A stretch of DNA of 63,723 nt, counting the filler, from Chiloscyllium plagiosum (Eukaryota), in assembly GCF_004010195.1 (NCBI RefSeq). It is 5 parts of one record of this genome, joined end to end, with 100 filler letters (N's around TTAATTAATTAA, not from the genome) between each part and the next. Parts side by side here need not be neighbours in the genome. Positions count along the whole stretch, not along the records: positions 1 to 20,087 come from NC_057714.1; positions 20,188 to 44,750 come from NC_057714.1; 3 more parts are not named here. One strand, given 5' to 3'. A program made the position numbers and the translations under genes. The stretch's first letter is position 1; each line of letters starts with the position of its first letter. Shown here piece by piece: positions 13,211 through 25,600 of the stretch. The notes below the pieces were generated by a model. The model did not search any database and had not been told where the DNA came from. It was given only the letters and a program-made list of their open reading frames with translations.

Positions 13211-15323
13211 TCTAGTCACCTGAGGTCAGCTTGTTTGATTGGCACGATTTGTAGTCTATAATTATTTCTGGTATTAAACCAATCATATTCCAATAAAAAT
13301 GCACATATCTCTTTAATCTTCTGTGGGCGGGGCATGGTGGCCTGACATGGGATTCCAACGGCCCAAGATTCAGTGGCTTCCAGTGGGGAATGTGGTTCAT
13401 GTGTTTTCCGCAACCATGGGAACCCAGGAGCTATGAACTGAACAAAGGTGGACTTTGTCTTAATTTTTTTAATGATTTCTATTATTAATATAGGTGCCGG
13501 AGTATGGCAAATTAAACACTTTTCACTGGACTTTTCATGAAAATACAATTGACAATAAATTGCTGTTCTATTCTAATCTCCAAACTGCCTCATCAAGAAG
13601 ATACATTTTTGAAAAAATAATTGGAGCTCTTTAATTAAGTTGTTCTTATGTGAGCCAGGATTCTGTAATTCTATATGAGCATAGATCTTGATTGGTTTTA
13701 ACAGAGCCCTTTAGGTGAAATTGCTTAATAATGAATTCCAATTAGGCCAAGCAAATGCAACAGTGGTGCTTCTTTAATGGTGAGGGATGTTGGATCATCT
13801 TGCCTGGTTCACCTGCAAAATTTCAAGCCTGCTTTTTGTTTTTGCTGTGGAAAAGGTGCTTTGGCTAATGCATTAACAAGCTTTCATAAAATCAGGTCGG
13901 CCATAGCTCAGCTTAATCTCAGAATCCAAAAGTTGTCACATCACATAGACTTCATGTGGCATTGACAGCATCCACCCACTCATAGCCTTTGGGGTTGTTG
14001 AGGTAAAAAGGTGAATGTTTTTGCTGGAGTGGATAAACTAGGCAAGCGGGAGTCTGTGACATAAGCTCATTGTTCTTAACAGCATGGTGGCGAATGCTTT
14101 GTGTAACTAGCTGGTGAGAAGCAGCCATTTGAACTGCCAGTTCCTCACACATCTACACAAATTAAACAAAATGCTTAGAACAAAAGAATAATAGAAAAAT
14201 ATAATTCTCTTCTGAAAAGAAATAAATGATCAACTAGTATGTTTCAGATAAAATGGCCCTGTTTTGTCAAAAGTATGTTTTCCGCTTTTATATATAAAAT
14301 GTGTAGTTTTGACTTTGGATGCATTGAGTTTCTTAAATGTGCATGTAATAGGAACACTTTGCATGCTGCTCTTTCCAGTTTCAGGTTAAGATAAAATGGA
14401 AAACAGCAGATCTTAAAATTGCGTCAGAGTTCAGAAGAATATAAAGGTATCACCCTGGAATACAGAAGGTTAATTTAATGTCTCTTACAGAATGAATCAA
14501 GCATTACTAATTCAACAAGGCATGGCAGAGGTATTTTAAGTGCCATTGAGGGCTGGGGATGCCACAGAGTTATGGCAGTGAGAAAGAGACTCACTCAGTG
14601 CACATATGAGGGAGACAGAGAACTTCTTCAAGGTGGGCACCCTTTGAAGAGACTTTGCAATGGAACAAACGTGGTTAGAGACACTTGGTGAGTCCCTTTC
14701 TCATTGCAAAATAAGTGACAATACTGGAGCTTTTAAATTCACCATTTCTCCATTTAAATCTGTCTGTACCACAAATGTTGCTTAGCCGTCACTTTACTGA
14801 ATCCCCTCAGATTTGTTTAACTGCTGGAAGTTTCCCAGGAGATTCAAGTTTGTTCTTGATCTTCCCTCTGGTCTCTCTAGAGAGAGAGAAAAAAGAATAC
14901 TGTCCCATGTTATTCTTGCCCTGTGTGAAGAGGATTTATCTAAGTGAGTCACCAGTGTAAACAACACTAACAAATTGTTCCAAGGATTAAAGTATGCCTA
15001 ATGAAGTAAACCTGGGCAGATTATCCCTCAGCAGGCTTCACACAGCTGAAAGACTACTCTGAGCTTATCAGGATTTGCAGTATTGGCTGTTTGAATCAAA
15101 ATAACCACTGGAAAATGAAATAATTCTCATGCTTAAAACTGGTAAGTCTCTCTCCTGAATGAAGAAACATTATACCACACTCAATAACAACACTCAATTG
15201 CAAGAGATATGTTGGGGAATACATCCTTCCAGGATGTGTATGAATTGGTTGTAACATGATTGATGAATAAGGAACACTGTTTCTAAAGCTTGAACTTTTA
15301 AAACATGTGTTGGCTACAATTGC

Positions 15324-16611
15324 ATCTCCAACACTTTAAGTGTTATTTTTATTGTGTCTTTTTTATATAGCGTGGGTTCACACAAGAACTCAACCATCAT
15401 GTTATCGCTGAACTACCTGTATACTGTAGTATGGTGTGCAGTTTTACATTTCCCTGTCTAAGATAAGATGCACTTGCCATAGCAGCAATGCAGCAGAGGC
15501 TTATTAGACTAATACTATGGATGACAGGACTGTCCAATGAGGAGGGATTGGTTTGACTGGGCCTGTACTCAGTAGAGTTTAGATCTGATTGAAATATATT
15601 AGACTCTAACAGGTCTGGACAGATTAGATGCAGGGAGGATATTTCCTCTGATTGGGGTGACTCGAAGCAGTGGAAATACTCTCAGGACACAGAGTGGGCC
15701 ATTTAAGCCTGATATCTTCAAAAGCTCGTGTCTGTGGAACTCTCTACGAAAGCTGGCTTGTAGGCCAAGTCACTGAACATATATTTAAGAAAGACTTTAA
15801 AGGCATTGAAGCAGGAATATGACATTGATGTAGACTACAATCATTTTGGCAGAGCAAATGCATCCTAGTTGCTGTCTTTCTTCAGCTGAAACTTTATTGC
15901 TGGAACAGCACAGCAGGTCAGGCAGCATCTAGGGAACAGAAGATTCGACGTTTCGGGCACATGCCCTTCTTCAGGAATGAGCAGAGAGTGTTCAGCAGGA
16001 GAAGATAAAAGGTAGGGAGGAGGGACTTGGAGGAGGGGCGTTGGAAATGATCTCCAACACTTTAAGTGTTATTTTTATTGTGTCTTTTTTATATAGCGTG
16101 GGTTCACACAAGAACTCAACCATCATGTTATCGATGAACTACCTGTATACTGTAGTATGGTGTGCAGTTTTACATTTCCCTGTCTAAGATAAGATGCACT
16201 TGCCGTAGCAGCAATGCAGCAGAGGCTTATTAGACTAATACTATGGATGACAGGACTGTCCAATGAGGAGGGATTGGTTTGACTGGGCCTGTACTCAGTA
16301 GAGTTTAGATCTGATTGAAATATATTAGACTCTAACAGGTCTGGACAGATTAGATGCAGGGAGGATATTTCCTCTGATTGGGGTGACTCGAAGCAGTGGA
16401 AATACTCTCAGGACACAGAGTGGGCCATTTAAGCCTGATATCTTCAAAAGCTCGTGTCTGTGGAACTCTCTACGAAAGCTGGCTTGTAGGCCAAGTCACT
16501 GAACATATATTTAAGAAAGATTTTAAAGGCATTGAAGCAGGAATATGACATTGATGTAGACTACAATCGTTTTGGCAGAGCAAATGCATCCTAGTTGCTG
16601 TCTTTCTTCAG
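15324..16611 (+). repeat. 562-bp direct duplication (15324-15885 and 16050-16611) associated with a Penelope-derived insertion
   Basis: Copies are colinear with 4 substitutions by my reading; Penelope-terminal sequence lies between and after them. Confidence 0.9.
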
Positions 16612-16721
16612 ACCTGATTTTAAAAGCGGATGCATTTGGGATGCTGCCTGACCTGCTGTGCTGTTCCAGCAATAAAGTTTCAGCTTTGATCTCCAGCGTC
16701 TGCAGACCTCACTTTCTCCTC
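15886..16721. mobile_element. Penelope-derived insertion with inverted ends enclosing captured target-site DNA
   Basis: Perfect 46-bp inverted repeat 15884-15929 / 16640-16685; TSD GCTGTCTTTCTTCAG at 15871-15885 and 16722-16736. Confidence 0.8.
15943..15978 (-). ncRNA. Minimal type I hammerhead ribozyme motif (intact core)
   Basis: Minus strand ATTC-CTGAAGA-A-GGGC ATGT GCCC-GAA-ACGT-C-GAAT: helix I ATTC/GAAT, helix II GGGC/GCCC, palindromic ACGU, GUC triplet. Confidence 0.75.
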
Positions 16722-17467
16722 GCTGTCTTTCTTCAGACCTGATTTTAAAAGCGGATGCATTTGGTTGCACCACAACTGTAGAAAGTGCACTCACCGCCCA
16801 TGTAATCACCACCTATGTAAACCCTGTGCCACCATTGTCCAGAGGGAGCCTCCTGAACCAAAGGCCAATGGTCCAGATGCCTCTTGAGTGTCCACTTGCT
16901 GTCTCAATTGCCTCCATGCACCATCCCTCTTTTGATGCCCAGATTGACTCATTCACAACCCCTGAATCCTCAATTGCCTCAGTCACTTCCACGCTCCCTG
17001 AGTGACCTGGCAGACTGGGGAGCAAGAGATGCAGCAAGGGGGCAGTGAGTGAAGAGGGAGATGGAGAGCTGTTCAATGAGTGAAACAGAGAGTACAGTGA
17101 CAAATGTGGTGGAGAGTAGGGTGCAGCAACAACAGGCACACAACAATGATGCTATTGGTATAAACTATCAAATAGTTTTTGTCTGTGCAAGCATAATGGG
17201 CCAAAGGGCCTTTTCTGTACTGTATGATTCTATGAAGTTCCTGTTCCAGTGCAGAGCGAGAGCACAATGATGAGATCATAGAATCATAGAATCCTTAATG
17301 TGGAAGCAGGCTATTCAGCCCCTTGAGTCCCCACCGATGTTCTGAAGAACAGCTCAGACGCATGCCCCTACCCTATGACTCTGCATTTCTCATGGCTTGC
17401 CCATCTAACCTGCACATCCTTGGACACTATGGGTAATTTAGTATGGTCAATCCAGCTAACCTGCACA

Positions 17468-18700
17468 TAGAGTCATAGAGGCATAGAGATGTACAGCATA
17501 GAAACAGACCTTTCGGTCTGACTCGTTCATGCTGACCAGATATCCTAACCTACTCTAGTTCCATTTGCCAGCACTTGTGATCTATATGGGCATCAGTAAA
17601 GTATTCCACAAGGTTCCTCAGAGAAGACTGTAATCCCTCTAAACCCTTCTTATTCATTTACCCATTCAGATTCCTTTTAAATGTTGTAATTGTACCAGCC
17701 TCCACCACTTCCTGTGGCGGCTCATTCCATAAATATACCACCCTCTGTGTGAAAATGTTGCCCCTTGGGTCCATTTTAAATTTTTCCCCTCTCGCCCTAA
17801 ACCTATGCCCTCTAGTTCTGGACTCCCTCACCCCAGGGAAAATACTTATCTGTTTATCGTGTCCACGCCCCTCATGAATTTAAAAACCTCTATAAGGTCA
17901 CCCCTCACCCTCCAATGCTCCAGGGAAGACAGCCCCAGCCTATTCAGCCTCTCCCTGTAACTCAAACCCTCCAACCCTGGCAATATCCCTGTAAATCTTT
18001 TCTGAATCCTTTCAAGTTTCACAACATTCTTCTGATAGGAAAGAGACCAGAATTACACACAATATTCCAAAGGTGGCCGAACCAATGTCCTGTACAGCCA
18101 AAACAAGACCTCCCAACTCCTATACTCAGTGTTCTGACCAATAAAGGAAAGCATACCAAACATCTTCATCACTACCCTATCTATCTAAGACTCCACGTTC
18201 AAGGAACTCTTTGTTCAGGATATTACCATTAAGTGCATAAGTCCCCAGGATATTACCATTAAGTGCATAAGTCCTGCTCTGATTTGCTTTTCCAAAATGC
18301 AGCACCTCACATTTATCTAAATTAAACTCCATCTGCCATTCCTCAGCCCATTGGCCCATCTGATCAAGATCCCATTGTACTCTGAGGTAATCTTTGCTGT
18401 CCACTACACCTCCAATTTTGGTGTCATCTGCAAACTTACTAACTATACCTCCTATGTTCACATCCAAATCATTTATATAAATGATGAAAAGCAGTGGGCC
18501 CAGCACCAATCCTTGTGGCACTCCACTGGTCACAGGCCTCCACTCTGAAAAGCAACCATCCACGACCACTCTCTGTCTTCTACTTTCAAGCCAGTTCTGT
18601 ATTCAAATGGCTAGTTCCCCCGTATTCCATGAGATCTAACCTTGCTAAAAAGTCTACCATGAGGAACCTTGTTGAACACCTTGCTGAAGTCCATACACAT
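17468..18700 (-). mobile_element. CR1 LINE ORF2 3' portion
   Basis: WRPVTSGVPQGLVLGPLLFIIYINDLD...KFADDTKIGG; 30-bp internal tandem duplication at ~18217-18275. Confidence 0.9.
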
Positions 18701-18855
18701 CACATCTTTGGACTGTGGGAGGAAACCAGACCACCCAAAGAAAACCCACACAGACACGGGGAGAGTGTGCAAACTCTACACAGACTGTCACCTGACAGTT
18801 GAATCAAACCTGGGTCCCTGAGGCTGAGGCAGTGCGAACCACTGTGATGCCCCTA
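18700..18855 (-). mobile_element. HE1-type SINE 5' portion
   Basis: tggactgtgggaggaaacc...acacggggaga.tgtgcaaactc, the same motif as the intact copies. Confidence 0.7.
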
Positions 18856-19167
18856 TGGCACTGACTTCCTCTTCCAATGTGGCAGGTGATGTGGAGCTGA
18901 TTTGACCAACAATTAGCTAAATGTTAATTTCAGAGAGTTTCTTGTAGTGTTTCTGGTGTACCCCCCCCATTCCGTTGTGTAGGTACCACACCCCAATGGC
19001 ATTACTCTTATATCACCTTGGAAGCAAAGATACTCATGAATGCTGGGATGCTTTGGAATTCGCATCATTGAATCATATTGAAATGCCAGCTTTGCAACAG
19101 GACAAACGGCGAGACTGTCTTGCACAACATATTACTGAACAGTTTTTCATGATATGGATGAGAGAAG

Positions 19168-19375
19168 GAAGTTGGCAATCCATTTACCAGGGGTCCTGGT
19201 GTTTCTGGTATAGAGGATGGTCCTGCAGAGGGCCAATTCTTTCCTCAGGATCACCAGAGAACATGCCACCTGATCCTGGTCCAAAGTTGGGCCAGTGAGA
19301 TATCCGCCATCTCAGGGAATGCCCAGCAATGCAGGAGGAAGTCCAATGATATTCTGTAGTCTGCAAAGACAAGTG
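19168..19375 (+). pseudogene. Decayed Myb/SANT-like DNA-binding ORF of a PIF/Harbinger transposon
   Basis: Broken reading frames give ...FPQDHQR..LILVQSWASEISAISGNAQQCRRKSNDIL*SAK, resembling the W...QC(R/K)xKxNDL Myb/SANT-like motif of Harbinger accessory proteins. Confidence 0.45.
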
Positions 19376-19531
19376 CCAGGGTCTTCTCTGTTACCTCACA
19401 CTCACTCCAACTCTGCAACCGCAAGTCTGACTTGGGGTTAATAATCTACCACTCCCAATATTGCTTGCAGCATTTCCCTCAACCAGTCTCCCCCACTCCA
19501 GCTTCCCACATGACTAACCCTGCATGGCCTC

Positions 19532-19569
19532 GGTTCTGAGGATGGGTCACTGGACCCGAAACGTTAATT
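19532..19569 (+). ncRNA. Minimal hammerhead ribozyme motif in a Penelope-derived fragment (19532-19630), sense to the ADAR gene intron
   Basis: GGTT-CTGAGGA-T-GGGTC ACTG GACCC-GAA-ACGT-T-AATT; 5-bp helix II, palindromic ACGU, GUU triplet. Confidence 0.65.
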
Positions 19570-19829
19570 CTCATTTCTCTTCACAGATGCTATCAGACCT
19601 GCTGAGCTTTTCCAGCAATTTCTGTTTTTGTGTATGTAATTCTGTCCTGAAATATCTTATGTTTTGAGAGGCACATTTTCTTTCCTCAGGATATTGCAAA
19701 GTGCTGTGCAACCAAAGAATAGTTTTGGAAATAATACACTTGGCATGTAGCAACCAAGTTGCTCACAGCAAAATCCCACATGGAGGAGAAAAACAAAGGA
19801 TTGACTAATCTTCTGTGATGATACTGGCC

Positions 19830-20087
19830 AAACACTGGAAGAAAGGAGAGGTCTTGAATGAGTACTTTTCTTCAATATTTACAAACGAGAGAGACCGTAT
19901 TGTTGAAGAGGAGAGTGTGAAACGGACTGGTAAGCTAGAAGACATACTTGTTAGGAAGGAAGATGTGTTGGGCATTTTGAACAACTTGAGGATAGACAAG
20001 TCCCCTGGGCTGGACAGGATATATCCTAGGATTATGTGGGAAGCAAGAGAGGAAATTGCAGAGCCGTTGGCAATGATCTTTCGTCTT
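19830..20087 (+). mobile_element. CR1 LINE ORF2 fragment running into a gap
   Basis: GEVLNEYFSSIFT...LRIDKSPGLDRIYPRIMWEAREEIAEPLAMIF. Confidence 0.85.
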
Positions 20088-20187
20088 NNNNNNNNNNNNN
20101 NNNNNNNNNNNNNNNNNNNNNNNNNNNNNNNTTAATTAATTAANNNNNNNNNNNNNNNNNNNNNNNNNNNNNNNNNNNNNNNNNNNN

Positions 20188-20560
20188 ACACACCCCACCA
20201 ACATATACACACACCCACATATGCATGCACCCCACTAACAAACACACACACCAACATATGCACACTCCTCACCAACATACACACCCACCAGCATACACAA
20301 ATGCCAGCTCCAGACACAGACCATTAACATATACATGCGCCAACACACACACAAACACACCAACATACACACACCGCAGTAACATACACGTACACACCAC
20401 CAACATGCACACAGGCGCACTCACCCACACGCTGACATATACACACGCACACTATCACCATACACTCACAGACCCCAATGATTTTCACATACAAACACAC
20501 ACACATGCACATGCACTCACATTTACACACATATGCACACATGCAAACACATGACACAGA
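20188..20560. repeat. Degenerate (CA)n-rich simple repeat
   Basis: acac/cacca-rich low-complexity tract after a gap. Confidence 0.85.
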
Positions 20561-20864
20561 TACCTGAGACACCTAGCCATACAGGAATGTAACAGATTAT
20601 CTATTGATTTACTTGTTGACTGTGGGATGAATATTGGCTTGAACATCAGATGGGACTCAAATATTCTTTTTCACTTTGGGAGAATTTATATCTGTTTTAT
20701 ATTTATTTATTTTGACATTTAGTTTTATCTCTATTTATATTTATCCAAATGTTTATAGTTATATTTATGTTGAGTCATTGGTTTAACATCCCATCTGAGA
20801 CACAGCATCTCTAGCAGTTTAACAGGACAGTACTGGGAGATTAGCTTAGATTTTGTGTACACAG

Positions 20865-21545
20865 GTGCTGCGGGTAATCAGGAAGATTAATGGAACATTG
20901 GTCCTTATTTCAAAGGGCTTGGAATAAAAGAGAAGGAATGTCTTACTACAAATATGCAAGTTGTTGGTGAGACCACATCTGGACTACTGTGAGCGGTTTT
21001 TGTTCCCTTACTTAGGGCAAGATATCATTTCATTGGAGGCAGTTCAGAGGAGGTTCACTAGGATAATCCCTGATATGGATGGATTGTCTTATGAATAAAG
21101 GCCAAACAGGTTGGGACTCTGCTCACTGGAGTTCAGAAGAATGAGACATAATCTCATTGAAACAGATAGGATTCTTGATGGTCTTGACAGGGTAAACACT
21201 AAGAGAATGTTTCCACTCATAGGAGAGTCTAGGATAAGAGAGCATGGTCTCAAAATAAATGAGCATCAATTTACGACTGAGATGAGGAGGAATTTCTTCA
21301 CTCAGAGGGTTGTGGGTCTTTGGAATTCCTTGCCACAGAGAGCTGTGGGGCAGAGTCCTTGTACATACTTAAGGATGGGATAGATAGATTCTTGATCAGT
21401 CGGGGAAATCAAGGGTTATGGGGAAAATGCAGCAAAATTCATGTGAGGAATGTTGGATGAGACATGATCCTACTGAATGGTGAATCAGGATGGGGGAGGG
21501 AGCCAAATGGCCTACTTCCTGCTTCTAATTCTTATGGTCATATAA
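20865..21545 (+). mobile_element. CR1 LINE 3' end
   Basis: LGLCSLEFRRMRHNLIE...FTTEMRRNFFTQRVVGLWNSLPQRAV. Confidence 0.85.
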
Positions 21546-21889
21546 TCTTAAGTCAGGTCGAAGGGTGAGGCTGGATCAATAGTCAGTATGTTTTATTTTT
21601 ATCAGGCTGTTACAATGGTGTTCAGTCACGACCACAAGACTGCATTGGTTTACCATACGAAAAAAGATAAAACTACATTTGGTGAAATAATTTGAAAATA
21701 TCTCATCATAAGTAGCAAAAGGAAAGGTTCAGCCCTTCCTCCAGGGAGTATACTGACAGACATCAACCCGAGTGAGGTATCATTCCCAGCTTCACTTTAA
21801 AATTTCTTTCTCAACTGACAAAGTCATATTTTCAATTGATGAATTTATGCACTTTCACCAAATGTGATTCTCTCATTGGTGGTGATTTT

Positions 21890-23710
21890 TCAGGAATCAC
21901 TGGAGTCAGGGAAGTTCCCAAAGGATGAGAAAATGACTAAGGTAACAACCCTATTTAACAAGGGAGAGAGTTAGAAGACAGAAAGCTACAAGCTGGTTAG
22001 CCTGACCTTGGTTATTACCAAGATTTTAGAGTCCCTTACTTAGGATGAATTTGCAGAGTACTTAGACGAGCATGATAAAATAAGATTGGGTCAGCACAGC
22101 TTTGACAAGTGGAGGTCATGCCTGACAAATCTGTTAAAATTCTTCGAGGTGTTAACAAGCAAGTTAAACAAAGGAGAGCCAATGGATGTAAACTGTTTGG
22201 ATTTTCAGAAGGCCTTTGACAAGTTGCTGCACAGGAGGCTGCTAAATATGATCAGACCGCATGGTATTAGGGGCAAGGTTAGATTAGATTAGATTAGATT
22301 ACAGTGTGGAAACAGGCCCTTCGGCTCAACAAGATCACACCGACCCGCCGAAGCGCAACCCACCCATACCCCTACATTTACCCCTTACCTAACACTACGG
22401 GCAATTTAGCACGGCCAATTCACCTGACCTGCACATCTTTGGACTGTGGGAGGAAACCGGAGCACCCGGAGGAAACCCACGCAGACACGGGGAGAACATG
22501 CAAACTCCACACAGTCAGTCGCCTGAGTCGGGAATTGATCCCGGGTCTCAGGCGCTGTGAGGCAACAGTGCTAACCACTGTGCCACCATGCCGCCCACAT
22601 GTGCTGGCATGGACAGAGGATTGGCTAACTGGCAAGCATCAGAGAGTCGGGACAAAGGGGTCTTTTTCAGGATGGCATCTGATGACTAGTGGAGTTCCGC
22701 AGAGGTCAATGTTGGGAGTACGATTATACACGTTATTCATTAACAATCTGGAAACTGGAACTGAGGGCACTGTTGCAGAGTTTGCAGATGGCACAAAGGT
22801 AGTTGGAGGGACAGGTACTGGTGAGGAAGCAGAGAGGCTGCAAAATGACTTGCACAGGCTCAGAGAGTGGGCAAAGAAGTAGCAGATAGAATACAATGTG
22901 GGAAGGTATGAGGTTTGCATTATTGTGGGAAGAATAGATGTGTCAACTATGTTCTAAATGGGGAAAGGCTTCTGAAAACTGAAGCACAAAGGGACTTGGG
23001 AATCCTAGTTCAGGATTCTCTTAAGGTTAATATGCAGGCTCAGTTGGCCATTAGGAAGGAAAGTGAAATGTTAGTATTCATTTCAAAAGGGCGAGAGTAC
23101 AAGAGCAGGACGTACTGCTGAGGCTGTATAAGGCTCTGGTCAGACTGCGTTTGGAATATTGTGAGCAATTTTGGGCCCTGTATGTAAGGAAGGATGCACT
23201 GGCATTGGAGGGGTTCCAGAGGAGGTTTACAAGAATGATCCTGGGGACGAAGAGCTTGTCATACAAGGAGTGGATGAGGACTCCATATCTGTACTCGATG
23301 GAGTTTAGAAAGATAAATAGGGATCTCATTGCAACTTACATAACACTGAGACACTTGGATAGCGTGGATGTGGAGAAGATATTTCCACCAATAGGAGAGA
23401 CTAGGACCCGAGGGCATAGCCTCAGAAAGAAAGAATGACTCTTTAGAACTGAGCTAAGGAGACATTTCTTCAACTAGAGGGTGGTGAATCTGTGGAATTC
23501 ACTGCTGCAGAGGGCTGTGGATGCCAAGTCATTGAGTTAATTTAAGACAAAGATAGATAGGTTCCTGATTAGTAAGCGGATCAAGAGTAAGTTCAAGAAG
23601 GTGGGAGAATGGAGTTGAGAAGCCAATCAGTCATGATCAAATGGTGGAGCTGATCTGATGGGCTGAATGGCCTAATTATCCTCCCATATTTTCTGGTCTT
23701 ATGGTCTTTC
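21890..23710 (+). mobile_element. CR1 LINE ORF2 RT-to-3' end, interrupted by SINE 22280-22598
   Basis: SCLTNLLKFFE..LDFQKAFDKL; TSGVPQRSMLG..FADGTKV; EYCEQFWA..FQRRFTRMI; tatggtct tail. Confidence 0.9.
22280..22598 (-). mobile_element. Full-length HE1-type tRNA-derived SINE
   Basis: Minus-strand head GGGCGGCATGGTGGCACAGTGGTTAGCACTG (A-box-like) ... CCGGGATCAATTCCC (B-box-like); (aatct)n tail. Confidence 0.85.
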
Positions 23711-23954
23711 AATTAGTGTTTGCCCCAGAACACAGGGGCATTCATTAATATTTCTTCACTGAACTCTAAGTAATCCTCACAGTTTCTCCAGTTCTGACTA
23801 CAATACTCGGACAGGTGAAACAGCCTAAGGTTTTCTTCCAACTCTCATGGCTTGGACTTTGCTGAAAATAAACTGCTCTGTTGTTGGTCTGAATCTTTCT
23901 CTTCTGCTGAACCTGCTTTGGGGCTCTGACATTTCAATTCTATAGGTCATCAAC

Positions 23955-25600
23955 TTAGAGAGTCATAGAGTCATTACATCATGGAAACAGACCCTTCTGA
24001 GCAACTCATCCATGCTGACCATGCTTCACAAACTAAACTAGTTCCACCTGCCTTGCTTGGCCTATATCCCTCTAAACCTGGCCGATTCATGCACCTGTGC
24101 AAAAGTCTTTTAACTATTGTAACTGTTCCTGCAACTACTACTTCCTCTGGCTGTTCATTCCACAGAGAGCCAAACCAGCCTCTGAGTGAGAAATTTGCCC
24201 CTTAAGACTCTTTTTAATCTTTCTCTTCGACATCTTAAAAATATGTCCTCTAGTTTTGAACTCCCCTATTTGAAGGGAAAAAAACTTTGCTATTCACCTT
24301 ATCTATACCCCTCATGGTGTTATAAACCTCTATGAAGTCACCATTCAACCTCCTACAGTCCAGTGAAAAAAATCCCAGCCAATACTGCTTCTCCTTATAA
24401 CTCAAAACTTCCAATCCCAGCAATATCTTTTCTGAATCCTCTCCAACTTAAAAATATTCTTCCTACAGTTGGGCGACCAGAACTGCAGACAGTACTCCAG
24501 AAGTGTTCTCACCAACATCCTGTACAACCTCAAGATGACATCCCAACTCCAATACTCAATAGTTTGAGCAATGAAGGCACGCATGCTAAATGCCTTCTTA
24601 TCCACTCTTGTCAACCGGTTACACAACTTTCAAAGTAACTGAACCCCTGGTCTCTCTGTTCAACAGCACTACCCAGGGCCTTACCATTGACTGTATACAT
24701 CCGGCCCTTGTTCGTTTTACCAAAATGCGATGCCTTACATTTATCCAAATTAAACTCCATCTGCCATTTCTCATCCTATTGGCCCAATTGATCAAGATCC
24801 CAGATGGAGTTTTAATCTTTATATGCAAATGCCTGATAACATTTCATTGCATCAGCAGTATAACCTTCTTCACTGTCCATTATGCCACAAATTTTGGTGT
24901 CATCCTCAAACTTACCAACCATGCCTTCTAAATTCTCATCCAAATCATTTATATAAATGACAAACAACAGTGGCCTCATCACCTATCCCTGCAGAACATT
25001 GCTGGTCACATGCCTCCAGTCTGAAAAACCAACCCTTTACCACCTCCTACTGTTAAGCCAATTTTGTATCCAATTGGCAATCTCCCCCTGAATCCCATGT
25101 GATTTAACTTTACTAACCAATTTACAATGTGGAACCTGATCAAATGTTCTTTGTCCATGTAGATAACGTCATTTGCTCTGCCCTCATCTATCTGTTTCGT
25201 CACATCCTCAAAATCTCAATCAAGTTTGTGAGACATGATTTCCCACACACAAAACGATGCTGACTATTCCTAATCAACCCTTGCCTCTCCAAATGCACGT
25301 AAATCCTACCTCTTAAAATCACCTGCAACAACTTACCCACCACTGATGTCAGTCTCATTGGTCTGTAGTTCCCAGGCTTCTCCTTACAACTTTTCGGAAA
25401 TAAAGGCACAACATTAGCCACCCTCCAGTCCTCCAGCACTTCATTTGTGGCTATACATGATGCAAATATGTCTGCTAGAGGGCTCAAACTTTCTTCCCTC
25501 ATTTCCCACAGCATCCTGTGATATACTTGATAAGGTCCTGGACATTTATCCACCTTTATATTTTTTTAAAGACTGCCAGAACCTCCTCTTCTGTAATGTG
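23955..25600 (-). mobile_element. CR1 LINE ORF2 3' portion
   Basis: DKCPGPYQVYHRMLWE...EDWRVANVVPLF..NYRPMRLTSVVGKLL; LYRMLVRTLLEYCLQFWSP; ctatga tail. Confidence 0.9.

Noticed and set aside
13216..13548. 110-aa minus-strand ORF adjacent to a CR1 tail
   Set aside because: No family recognised, AT-rich N-terminal half and no supporting exon structure.
16050..16611. Two A-to-G differences in the element-internal copy of the 562-bp duplication as possible A-to-I editing footprints
   Set aside because: Both are CA versus CG contexts, more simply explained by CpG decay in the other copy; two sites are too few.
20088..20187. Palindromic TTAATTAATTAA islands within N runs (20132-20143, 44795-44806, 58291-58302, 61229-61240)
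   Set aside because: Each sits centrally in an identical 100-bp gap (44 N + 12 + 44 N) and gives stops in all six frames; it is a scaffolding linker, not biology.
22520..22598. tRNA-like sequences (also ~38520-38595, ~42080-42150, ~42410-42480)
   Set aside because: They are SINE heads followed by SINE body and tail, not complete tRNA genes.
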